From the NCBI GenBank assembly GCA_000004985.1, contig GG738850.1: DNA of 64,000 nucleotides. The stretch is one strand, 5' to 3'. Below the pieces are notes generated by a model. It did no database searches. It had not been told where the DNA came from and saw nothing but the letters and a program-made list of their open reading frames with translations. Shown here piece by piece: positions 35,472 through 45,185 of this stretch; within the stretch, counting starts at the first letter, position 1, and the number at the start of each line of letters is the position of its first letter. A program made the translations under genes and the position numbers. This DNA comes from Naegleria gruberi (lineage: Eukaryota).

Positions 35472-36950
35472 TTACTTGTATTGCTTCATGAACTTGTCGT
35501 GGAATTTGGCCAAAGTTTGGACAACACCTTCAATTTGTTCTTCGCTTGGTAAAATGGTAGTTCTAAAGTGATAAGTACCTGGCTTTTGTTGGAAACCAGA
35601 ACCTGGAACGACACAGATACCAGTTTCTTCCAACAATTCCAAAACGTACATCAAATCTGGAGCAACACCCATTTCCTTAGCCTTTTGAATGGCCTTTTCT
35701 GGGAGAGTAATTTGTGGGAAAGCATACATGGCACCTTCAACTGGTTGGCAACTAACACCTTCCAAACTGTTCAACATCTTGACCAACTTTTCAGCTCTTC
35801 TCTTCAAGCTATTCAAAATATTGTCTCTTTCAGCAACATATTCTTGGTATGAGGCTTCACCTTGAGATGGTGGACGAACCATCAAATCAACCATAATTTG
35901 ACCATCAGCATTTGGACAGAGATTGACACTACTAATCTTGTACAATTCTTCCTTAACAGCTGGATCAATAGCTTCACTCAATTGGAAGTAACCACCTCTT
36001 CTACCACATTCACCAATGAAACCCTTAGAAACACTGTGGAAACTGACCATTTCCAATTCCTTTTGAAGTCCCATTTCATAGGCAATCTTGTTGAATGAGT
36101 AGAATGGCTTCTTACCATTAGTGTAGTTATTTTCTTGATAAACTTCATCAGCCAACAAGACAACTCCCTTATTGACACAGAATTGAATAATTTGTTCCAT
36201 ATCCTTTCTTTCCAAAACTTGACCAGTTGGATTACCTGGGTTAATAATGACCAAAGCACGAACATTTTGACCATTCTTAATAGCTTGTTCATAAGCTCTT
36301 TCCAATTCTGGCATACCCAAACCCCATCCTTTTTCTTCTTCAAGATAGTATGGAACTTGAGAACCACCACACAAATCAATAGTGGCAGAGTAGAGTGGAT
36401 ATTGTGGAATTGGAATCATGATACCGTCCTTTTCATTTCTAATGAGCATCTTCAAGCACAATTGAACACCTGGAGAAGCACCATCAGTCAAGAAGATTCT
36501 ATCAGTTTGAATGGTTCCCTTAGCAAGTCCATCTCTATTTTCAATGAATTCAACAACATCATCACGAACAAATTCGTAACCTTGAGAGTGAGTATAAGCA
36601 CCAGTTGACTTGGCATCAATGTGGCTCATAATTCTTTGAGCTCTATCCAAAACATCAGCATTGAACAATTGAGACAATTGGCTTGACTTGGAAGAATCAC
36701 CCATCAAGTGAGAAGCAGTCAACAATGAGAGAACATTACGATGGAAAGACAATGGCTTTTGCTTCAATTGTTGTGGATTACCAATGTTGCAGTAGACAAT
36801 TCCTTGGAATGGGAATTTGGATGGATTTGTCTTTAATTCGTGTTCAATTTGATTAGCACGAATGACGACCTTACCACGGACAGCATAGGAAGTCTTCAAA
36901 ATGTTTTGATTGATATTTGAGGTAGAGAGGGCTTTCTTAATACCTTGCAT
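35472..36950 (-). CDS. alanine aminotransferase (ALT/GPT), PLP-dependent class I aminotransferase, 492 aa, single exon
   Basis: …ILKTSYAVRGKVVIRANQIEHEL…FPFQGIVYCNIGNPQ…LVIINPGNPTGQVL…SFHSVSKGFIGECGRRGGY… is collinear with eukaryotic ALT. ATG at 36950. Confidence 0.85.
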   Translation of the reverse strand: MQGIKKALSTSNINQNILKTSYAVRGKVVIRANQIEHELKTNPSKFPFQGIVYCNIGNPQQLKQKPLSFHRNVLSLLTASHLMGDSSKSSQLSQLFNADVLDRAQRIMSHIDAKSTGAYTHSQGYEFVRDDVVEFIENRDGLAKGTIQTDRIFLTDGASPGVQLCLKMLIRNEKDGIMIPIPQYPLYSATIDLCGGSQVPYYLEEEKGWGLGMPELERAYEQAIKNGQNVRALVIINPGNPTGQVLERKDMEQIIQFCVNKGVVLLADEVYQENNYTNGKKPFYSFNKIAYEMGLQKELEMVSFHSVSKGFIGECGRRGGYFQLSEAIDPAVKEELYKISSVNLCPNADGQIMVDLMVRPPSQGEASYQEYVAERDNILNSLKRRAEKLVKMLNSLEGVSCQPVEGAMYAFPQITLPEKAIQKAKEMGVAPDLMYVLELLEETGICVVPGSGFQQKPGTYHFRTTILPSEEQIEGVVQTLAKFHDKFMKQYK

Positions 36951-37729
36951 TTCTGTTTAATTTAACATTATTGTTAGTATTATGATGAATTGATTGCATA
37001 TGTGAGAGTATCAAGTTCATGCAGTATTATCAAGTGCAATGCAATTTAAATACAATTAGTGTTCGGGATGAAATTTAAAGAATGAACAAGATGATTAATA
37101 CATTCACTATTACACGAACAATCAGCTACATACCTATCGTATTTGCAGAATAATTCATATTTCAATCAATATATTAATAACCAATAACAACAATTTTTTT
37201 CAATCATAATTGTTAATCATCATCATCCGATATTAAATATTTAAAAGTATAAAAATAACATCATATCCATCGCACCATACATTTCAAAAACCATCGGATC
37301 ATCAGTAAAATTAGACGATGCAAAGAAGCAGCGAAAATTGTTTATCGTACAAGATCGAAAAAAATTTATCATCATCAAACCATGAATAAAAAAATCGCAA
37401 AAAGATACAGTACCTTCTTTGGTGTATTTTTTTTAACGCTTTTCTTGTTTGTCCGCTGATTTGTTGGTGCAAATATTGGCTGTGAATCTGGCATGAAGAT
37501 TACAAAAAGTTAAAGAGGCAAAGTCGGAAAGGAAAGGATCCGTTACAAGATGTGAAACTGTAGTGTCGGATTTTTTGGATTTGATTGGATGTAGAGTACC
37601 GTTCGAGTCAATTGAAACCGAGTTAGTGATCTATGTCAAATTTTAACAAATTGTAAAACAATGTGAAAATCAGCTTTTTAAATTGATTATTACTAAAATT
37701 TGTATTATTTTGTTATTTCTTATAATTAT

Positions 37730-38688
37730 TTACATTAAAAGACACTTTTCGTCCTTTCCACCTGATTTTTTAACTTTTGCAAAAACTTGAGAGGCACAAT
37801 CATTAAAGATTTCTTCCACATTCATTCTAGTCTTGGCACTTGCTTCATAGAATTGAATTCCTCCAAAACGTTGACATAGTTCAGTAGATTCCTCTTTTGT
37901 AACAGCTCTGTCACTTTCCAAATCTGATTTATTTGCAACCAGAATAATGGCAATGCTATTCTTGGCATTGGAATATTCAGATTCCTCAAGTCCTTTAGTT
38001 TGTAAAATGTGATCAATAAATTGGTAAGCTTCTTCAAAACTGGAACGATTTGTAATACTGTAAACAATTATGTATCCTTCTCCTTGTCTGATATACTATT
38101 TGTTTCGAATATGTAAGAATATGTAAAAAAACAGGGAAATTAATAAAAAACAATAAATTGAAAGAATTTTTCATGAAAATTACCTGATCTCTCAAAGTGT
38201 GAAATTCTCTATATTGTTGTTGTTATTGTTGTTGTGATTTAAATTATGAAAATTAAAGAAGAAAGGTCATGGTTTCATATCCGATAATATTGTCCAATTA
38301 GTTTCATCACATGATGATGAATTTAAAACTTACTCCTGACCAGCAGTATCCAAAATATCCAAAATTACTTCCTTTTTATCAATTATAGCATCTTTACGAT
38401 AACTTTCATTATTCGAAACTTTATCCTTCCATTAAATTACTTACGAATCTTCCAAGGTTGGGTCATAATGTTCAACAAAAACATTTTGAATCTTTGCAAA
38501 ATTAAATTATTTTCTAATTGATGAATGATAACTAACCAACTGAACAACATTCGTATAAATTATTATTCGAAACTTACTTGTACAATTAGAGCACTTTTCC
38601 CCACACCACCCGAACCGAAGACTACGATTTTAACTTCTTCCTTGCTTTTTTCCTTCTTCTTCTTTTCTGCCTTTTTGACAGGTGGCAT
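37730..38688 (-). CDS. Ras-family small GTPase, Rap/Ras-like (205 aa) with Lys-rich N-terminal extension and C-terminal CAAX box (CLLM); 5 exons 38578..38688, 38445..38491, 38334..38402, 38184..38208 (25-nt micro-exon), 37730..38095; introns 86, 42, 125, 88 nt
   Basis: Spliced product MPPVKKAEKKKKEKSKEEVKIVVFGSGGVGKSALIVQ|IQNVFVEHYDPTLEDS|YRKDAIIDKKEVILDILDTAGQE|EFHTLRDQ|YIRQGEGYIIVYSITNRSSFEE…ILVANKSDLE…EASAKTRMNVEEIF…KCLLM aligns along its whole length with Rap1/Ras (G1 GSGGVGKS, switch I YDPTIEDSY, G3 DTAGQE, G4 NKxD, G5 SAK). All junctions are GTAAGT/GTAATT…AG and keep phase. Total CDS is 618 nt. Confidence 0.8.
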
Positions 38689-39403
38689 TTTTTATTTGTT
38701 TTTGTTTGGCAAATTCACAGAAGGAAACTTGACTGTTGGATGCACCGACTTGTCAAACGATTGAATCACAATATCTTGTTGTATTAATTTCATTATCTTC
38801 TATTGAAAATCATACATTCGAACAATGTTTCCAATAATTTTGAGAAGATTGTTTACAATAAACAATTTATTCTTTTTTTTAGACTTGCTCCTTTGTTAAA
38901 ACATTCAAATCATCAATTACTCGTTTTTCAAACTCCAATAGAGGCACAACTGCCAAATGTCGTTAGCAATCCTTTTTGTTCATGTCTCCATCATGAATTT
39001 ACTTTTCCAATTCTAAATGAATCTTCTCCAAAACAGAATCATCTTTTCTTTATATAAACAAGAAATGGGCAATCTCGAAAGATAAAATCAAATAATTATT
39101 AAGTGCGAAGTTGCTGTCTCACAATAAACCATTCAAACTATTAAAAAAACAACAACTCACGAATTGCAAGATTTTCTTGTTACTCTAATCTGATTCTCTC
39201 TACCTGCCACCTTGCAAGGTACTAAAACACATCACTGACAGTTGGCAGTTTTCACGTTACTTATTCAAAGAGAGATCTCCAGTTACACAACTTGCTACTA
39301 CTAACCAGATAGGTTCATCAAGACACATTGTGAAAGTAAGTGTTTTTCTTCATTTTGTTAAAGAAAAAAACCTCAAACTATTCTTCATCAAACTTGCACA
39401 CAA

Positions 39404-40720
39404 ATGAAAACTTCAATAAGAAAGGAAGCAAAATTTCCCGCCTCTTTCTTAACAAGTAGAAATCATCATCATCACCAACCCAAAGGAAAGGAAGAATTAT
39501 CTTCAAGAAGCAAAAGACAACGAAGAATATCTGAGGGTAGTAATACTTATAATAATAATTGTATTCTTCAAATATCAACAGTATACAAGAAGAGTGAAGA
39601 ACCTCCGCTCTTATTAACAAGCCTTTCGAGTGATCAATTACTTGCAGACAACGCAAAAAAGCCTGCAATTTCTTCATCATTAACAATTGAAAACAATTTG
39701 GAGGACAATATAATATCCAAATATAGTCATCAGGAAAATATTCAAGAAACCAGTAATAATCGTTCAACCCTTAATCATCAACAACCCATTGCAAGTTTGC
39801 ATCATCATCAAGAAGAAGAAGATCATTTCCAATTTTCATCAGCCTTGCAAAATCTCTCTCTTCCACAACCTCCTTATCAACAATATCAATATAATATTAA
39901 TAATAATATCAATAATAATATTGAAAATTCTCAACTATCAAATAGTGTATCATATTCAAATCAAGAAGAAGAATATCAACAACCAATACTTGTATTCACT
40001 TCAGCTTCACCTCCTGTAAATTTTCAATCTTTAGATCTGTATCATCAATATCAATATTATCATAATCAACAACAGAGATTAAGATCACAATCCTTACCAC
40101 TTCCAAGACAGCAACATCGACAAGTAATTAAAACTTTTCAATTAACTTCAACTCTAGACGAAAGAAATATTCAACAATTTCAACAAGAACAAAAACTTCC
40201 AACCCAATTACTACTACCTTTGAAAATCATGTCCAATACTACTGATACCCATTCGAATCTTGAAGTTATTCAACAACATGACAATTCATCAGTTTCGGTG
40301 AGTCCACTGTCGCCAATGCCTCTACTTGCAGATAGTGGAAATCTAGATAATTATAAGGATCAATTTATAGCAATTATAAAAGAGGGCTCTTCTGAATTGT
40401 TAGATAGTGAGAAAGAATGCTTTGACATTCTTGGAACGTGCCCAAAATCTAATACGAAAGCTGCCTATTGGTATGGTAAATATGGTGGCCCATTCACATG
40501 GAAATATACTGGTGTGCCAATAGACGATTTAGATTTGGTGTGTAGAATGCACGACCAGAGATTACCATTGAAATTTGTAAAGAAACTTGTAAATCTTATT
40601 CGAAAGCATTATGGAGACAAACAGTTAAGCAAAGATGCCCTGAGCTACATTAAAAAGATAGATGGCATAGGCTTTAGAATAATAGAACCAATTTACATGA
40701 CATTCTTTGGCTGTTTCTAA
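39404..40720 (+). CDS. N/Q/H-rich low-complexity protein (438 aa) with C-terminal secretory phospholipase A2-like domain (plant/group XI–XII type, Cys-depleted)
   Basis: C-terminal …CPKSNTKAAYWYGKYGGPFTWKYTGVPIDDLDLVCRMHDQRL… resembles the sPLA2 Ca-loop YGKYCG and catalytic PCDxLDACCMxHDxC, with HD retained and several Cys replaced. N-terminal 300 aa are poly-Q/N/H low complexity. Confidence 0.5.
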   Translation: MKTSIRKEAKFPASFLTSRNHHHHQPKGKEELSSRSKRQRRISEGSNTYNNNCILQISTVYKKSEEPPLLLTSLSSDQLLADNAKKPAISSSLTIENNLEDNIISKYSHQENIQETSNNRSTLNHQQPIASLHHHQEEEDHFQFSSALQNLSLPQPPYQQYQYNINNNINNNIENSQLSNSVSYSNQEEEYQQPILVFTSASPPVNFQSLDLYHQYQYYHNQQQRLRSQSLPLPRQQHRQVIKTFQLTSTLDERNIQQFQQEQKLPTQLLLPLKIMSNTTDTHSNLEVIQQHDNSSVSVSPLSPMPLLADSGNLDNYKDQFIAIIKEGSSELLDSEKECFDILGTCPKSNTKAAYWYGKYGGPFTWKYTGVPIDDLDLVCRMHDQRLPLKFVKKLVNLIRKHYGDKQLSKDALSYIKKIDGIGFRIIEPIYMTFFGCF

Positions 40721-41384
40721 CTTGAGCTCAATGTTTCGTCCTTGCATTATTCGAAACGAAACTATGAAACTTCCACAATAAATTCACAAGATCACTTGAT
40801 AAAATATCTTTCATTTGCCACTAAATGGAACCTTCTTATCAAAAACAAAATATGTCTGTACAGACAACTAACATGTTTCCAAATTTATAATTACATCATC
40901 CGTTGTTGGGAACTGAAGTTTGAGCAATCTCCCTGCACGTAAAACTTTCATAAAAAAATTGAAAGAATCATCATCAACAATCTCTCACTTGTTATTGTGT
41001 CAAGTTTCGAATACACATTCTATACAACAATCTATTATTCGAAACAATAGTATTGTATCACATTGTGTTCATCCAACAAGAAACAAAATCACTCACCACT
41101 CTAAAAAAAAACCGCCAATTTCGAACTGTAAATTTCCGTATTTTTTTCTCTTGTTGGAAAAATAGATAACTTCATCATCGAGCGCGAAAAAGATTTTACA
41201 ATCAATTTTGTTGTACTTTGAAAAAGCATCTTTATCATCATTATATATTTTGGATATTATATTGGATCGGGAAGAAGGCTAAGATTCTACCTCTTTCTCT
41301 CTGATCAATTTTTCATCTTCATATATTGAATTAATTTTTGCCTGAATGATTTTGTAATCCTCAATAATAATAATAATCAGAATT

Positions 41385-43553
41385 ATGGAAAATCCAGAAC
41401 ATTTAACTATTAATCGAATTAATAATAATAATAATAGAGGCTCATTGATGATGATGAGGGTAAATTCATCCCCATTATCGCCCAATACTACTACTGGCTC
41501 AACAGCTTCAGCAACATCACCATCGACGACGTTGAACGATTCGAATTTATCTTTGGATGAACTTGATTCGTTAAGTAGTGCATCTTCGATGCATTCGAAT
41601 ACAATACTATTGAATCAATTTGTGGCAGCCGCTTCTAAAAAGACAAGAAAGAGTAGACCTACTAGTAATGACAGTATTGATGGGTTACCTCAAATTGGAA
41701 TTACTAATGAATTTGGAAATGTAAAGAGAGTAGCAAGTCCTCAGGAGGATGAAGAAAGTTTTGTGATGAGTGATTCTTCAAAGAGTGGAATGACCAGTAA
41801 TACATCGAGGTCTTCCTTCTCTTCAATGAATTCTTCATTCTTTGAGGAGTTGGAGGCACAATTTATGAATACATCGAGGTCAATACACTTGATTCATTTA
41901 TTATTGCATCCAGTGACAAAGGAATTATTCAGACAATACTGTATCAAGACGAGGGTTTGCGAGCTCTTTGATTGCCTGGAGGAAATTAGATTGTATTATG
42001 TGGCAATCGATACATTTAAAACACAATCTCATAAGAGAAAGATTGAGGAAATGAAACATTTACTCAACACGAATCAAAATTCTCCCAAGATCAGTGCCTC
42101 CTCTGAGAATATGTCTGTTTCTTCTAGTACTGATTCTCTTAAAAGGAAGAATAGAATGTCATTATCAGCGAGTGGTACCAAACTCTTTTCAAACAAACGT
42201 CAATCAGTAGCTCTCCTCTTTAATAATAATAGTAATTTGATGGAATTATTGCAGGAGAAAATTCATCAGGATAAGAATATGGATGAGGAAATTTCATTTA
42301 TGGGATTATTTTCACTTGGAACACAGGAAAAGGATCAAATTACAATAGAAGATATATCAAAAGAGGAGAGGGATTCCCTCAAGGAAAAGGCACAGAAAAT
42401 ATTCGACTCTTTTCTCTCTCCCAAATCAAATAGAGAAGTCAACATTGATAGCACACTCCGTTCTTCAATAGAGACCAACTTGAAAAATCTCGATTCAGAC
42501 CACTCTCTGTTTGAGAAACTTTATGAGGAATTACGTCTATTAATTCTAAGACAACTCAAAACTGACGTGTTGTTCAGGTTTGAAAAATCATCAGATTGGA
42601 CCACCTTCCTCTCTGATACTCATAATGTTTCAGTGGTGGAACAAGTTATGGATTATAGTAACTCTGTTTGGTCAGCCAATGCAGATTTTGGAGGATTTAA
42701 ACGAATGACCAAGAGGGATTGTGTCAGAGATTATGTCAAAAAGGAAGACTTTTCATTCATGAAACATGTTTTATTTGCACCTCTTCCACATTGGAAAAAT
42801 CTTACAAATACCAAAGCAACCAATTCTCCCTTCTCAACATCCTACTCGAAGGGAAAGTACTTCATTGATCAAGAATCAATTCGATTGAAATTTGGATGTC
42901 TCAAAGAAACAGCCACTCTTCCTTTCAGTGCTGAGGAAGTTTTTGCAGCCATTCACTCTAAACTCTTCCAATCCATCACAGATGACACTCTCAATGTCGA
43001 TGACTCGATATTTTGTCTCAAGAGCTTCTCTCACCGTGTAGTAGAAGGTATTCTACCAACTGACATAAGCAAGTTTTCTTTCAATTTGCCAATTCCACTT
43101 TCAAATCAAAGAGGTTGTTATCAAGCTCACTCTACAATTTATGAACCAGAGTCGAAACGATATTATTATTTCAGCAAACCAATTCTATTCAATGAAAATT
43201 ACTCTTTCGAAAAAGAGTCTGTACAGTGCTATTCATTCAATATGGTTTGTGTGGAAAAGGTTGATGACAGAAATTGTAAATACTACAGTGCTTTTATATC
43301 CAACTTTGGAGGAATTTTGAAACACTTCTCCACCAAGGTTTTTAAGAGAATTGCTTGGAAACGATCGAGTCAAACTCGAAAGTCTATGATAGAAAAGCTC
43401 ACTGAAAATCGAGATAGTTTATACAATAATACTAGAGATGGCTACGACACTTGTCTGGATAATCTCAAGAGGTATCAATCATGCTCCAATATTTCACTAG
43501 ATTTCCCAAAAACCTTTTCAGAGTTTCAAGAACGATTTTGCAAATACTATTAA
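41385..43553 (+). CDS. RGS (regulator of G-protein signalling) domain protein, 722 aa, Ser/Asn-rich N-terminus
   Basis: RGS domain is split by an insert: …LLHPVTKELFRQYCIKTRVCELFDCLEEIRLYY… and …KEKAQKIFDSFLSPKSNREVNIDSTLRSSIETNLKNLDSDHSLFEKLYEELRLLILRQLKTDVLFRFEKSSDW… (A..IY..FL…A..EVN+D…R..I…L..P…LF+…..+..LM..D.Y.RF..S). Confidence 0.6.
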   Translation: MENPEHLTINRINNNNNRGSLMMMRVNSSPLSPNTTTGSTASATSPSTTLNDSNLSLDELDSLSSASSMHSNTILLNQFVAAASKKTRKSRPTSNDSIDGLPQIGITNEFGNVKRVASPQEDEESFVMSDSSKSGMTSNTSRSSFSSMNSSFFEELEAQFMNTSRSIHLIHLLLHPVTKELFRQYCIKTRVCELFDCLEEIRLYYVAIDTFKTQSHKRKIEEMKHLLNTNQNSPKISASSENMSVSSSTDSLKRKNRMSLSASGTKLFSNKRQSVALLFNNNSNLMELLQEKIHQDKNMDEEISFMGLFSLGTQEKDQITIEDISKEERDSLKEKAQKIFDSFLSPKSNREVNIDSTLRSSIETNLKNLDSDHSLFEKLYEELRLLILRQLKTDVLFRFEKSSDWTTFLSDTHNVSVVEQVMDYSNSVWSANADFGGFKRMTKRDCVRDYVKKEDFSFMKHVLFAPLPHWKNLTNTKATNSPFSTSYSKGKYFIDQESIRLKFGCLKETATLPFSAEEVFAAIHSKLFQSITDDTLNVDDSIFCLKSFSHRVVEGILPTDISKFSFNLPIPLSNQRGCYQAHSTIYEPESKRYYYFSKPILFNENYSFEKESVQCYSFNMVCVEKVDDRNCKYYSAFISNFGGILKHFSTKVFKRIAWKRSSQTRKSMIEKLTENRDSLYNNTRDGYDTCLDNLKRYQSCSNISLDFPKTFSEFQERFCKYY

Positions 43554-44614
43554 AAATCCAACAATCTTCCAAAATCATGAATTCTTCTTACAAGCAGAGC
43601 CATCAAGGATCTTCCTCTCATGAACACAGATGTATCGTTTTGACAATTTGAAATGATGAGATATCTATTATCTGCCACAGTTGCCAAGAGTCTGAACTCT
43701 TCGTCTCCAACATTAAAAGTAGCTCTCCACACTGAATATTGATCGTAGCCCTTCTTTAGGAGCATTAAAACCATTTCCTTCTCTTCTGGAATTGTACATT
43801 CATGACCAAGAAGTGTTACTGTTGCAGGAGAATTTCCCTCGTGTGGTCTTAGATGTATTGTATTGAATAACTTGGTAAGATCTTCTTCGGAGGGTATTTG
43901 TTTCTCCTCTTCTGCATTTAATGGTTTTGGCCAATAGCCTAAAATTGCATGTTCCTTAGAATCGAATATGAGAGCTTGCTTAGCTCCACTAAAATCACCT
44001 GATTTGATCAAGTGATTCTTGAGGAAGATTGGATATCTTGAATGAGCTTTGGCATCATATTGGTCTACAGAAAATGACTTTTCCAAAGTTAATTTTACAC
44101 TCACTGCCTCATTAGGATTAGAAACAAGTTTTGGATCACCATCTTCTGCTCTTCCCAAGAAAACATGAGGTCTCACATCATTTCCATCACCAATTCTAAA
44201 TATCAAATCTTCAGTATTTGAGAGATTGATATCTTCTGAACAATTTTCAAAAGGCTTTGATCTCCTCACAATATAAACTTCCTCCTCTCCCTTAGCACAA
44301 ACATAATCATGAACACAATCCAAAGTATGTCCTTGTTGCCCTGCAACAACCATAAAATCTTCCGATCGTATCTCCCTAAAGCAAACAGCTTCTCCATACC
44401 TAACACTTCTCAAGCCATCAGAAAGCAAGCCTCCAGGCAAGGTGATAGAAAAGCACAAACCCTTAAAGTTGATGGTATCATAACGTTCAAAGAAATACAA
44501 CTGCTCGCCTCCCTTACCAAATACAAAATCATTTCCTAGGTTTGGTTCCTTACCGGGAGCTTCAAAGAATTTGAGATGGACACTTGAGCCAATTAAGAGT
44601 TCTTGTGGAGACAT
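43550..44614 (-). CDS. hypothetical protein, 354 aa; stop codon overlaps the stop of the convergent RGS gene on a TTAA palindrome (43550–43553)
   Basis: ATG-initiated uninterrupted ORF. I recognised no domain. Confidence 0.45.
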   Translation of the reverse strand: MSPQELLIGSSVHLKFFEAPGKEPNLGNDFVFGKGGEQLYFFERYDTINFKGLCFSITLPGGLLSDGLRSVRYGEAVCFREIRSEDFMVVAGQQGHTLDCVHDYVCAKGEEEVYIVRRSKPFENCSEDINLSNTEDLIFRIGDGNDVRPHVFLGRAEDGDPKLVSNPNEAVSVKLTLEKSFSVDQYDAKAHSRYPIFLKNHLIKSGDFSGAKQALIFDSKEHAILGYWPKPLNAEEEKQIPSEEDLTKLFNTIHLRPHEGNSPATVTLLGHECTIPEEKEMVLMLLKKGYDQYSVWRATFNVGDEEFRLLATVADNRYLIISNCQNDTSVFMRGRSLMALLVRRIHDFGRLLDF

Positions 44615-44804
44615 TTTTTTTAAAGTTTAATAAAGAAGTTTTCCCGCCAAAATCGTAAATCAACAAAATATTTAAAGAGATTTCTATCTGCCTAGTAATA
44701 ATAAATTCTTGTAAAATCCCACTAAAATTGAATTTCAAACAATTAAACTCAATTTCCTCCTCGTTTATTACATGGTTTCATTAGTTTCGAAAAATCAATG
44801 TAAA

Positions 44805-44877
44805 GCCGTCATAGCTCAGTTGGATAGAGCACAGGACTTCTAATCCTGGGGTCGTGGGTTCGAGCCCCATTGTCGGT
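44805..44877 (+). tRNA. tRNA-Arg (anticodon TCT)
   Basis: GCCGTCA-TA-GCTC-AGTTGGATA-GAGC-A-CAGGA-CTTCTAA-TCCTG-GGGTC-GTGGG-TTCGAGC-CCCAT-TGTCGGT-A. Canonical D-arm, 5-bp anticodon stem, U33, anticodon UCU, A37. The acceptor stem has one T·T mismatch (5–68) and a G·U at 1–72. Confidence 0.7.
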
Positions 44878-45185
44878 ATCTGATTTTTGTGCATTTGTTT
44901 TTAAGTTTTCAAAATATCTTATTATTTTAATTTCTTTTTCATATGATTATTATTCAACTTCACTAATATTGAGTGGTTCTAGCCATTATTAGCCAATTTT
45001 TTCTTTTTTTTATGAAAGAAACAAGAAGCAGCATGGAAGCTAACAAAAGGATTCCTCTCCAGTTGGTTTCCAATATTAGTTCGCCCAACTGTTCTTCACC
45101 CATAAGACACCAAAGGTTACCTTTAATGAGTGTTCAATAATAAGGGCTTAGGTTCGTTCTCTTCTCATAAAAAGATGTTAAACAA

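Noticed and set aside
38180-38250. (TTG/TTA)n run tgttgttgttattgttgttgtg near 38210–38240 as a possible microsatellite or regulatory element
   Set aside because: It lies within the 125-nt intron 2 of the Rap-like gene and is ordinary intronic low complexity.
39789-40019. ORF 39789..40019 (+) rich in I/N/K inside the 39404..40720 gene
   Set aside because: This is an alternative-frame reading of AAT/ATT-rich poly-N coding DNA, nested in a longer ORF.
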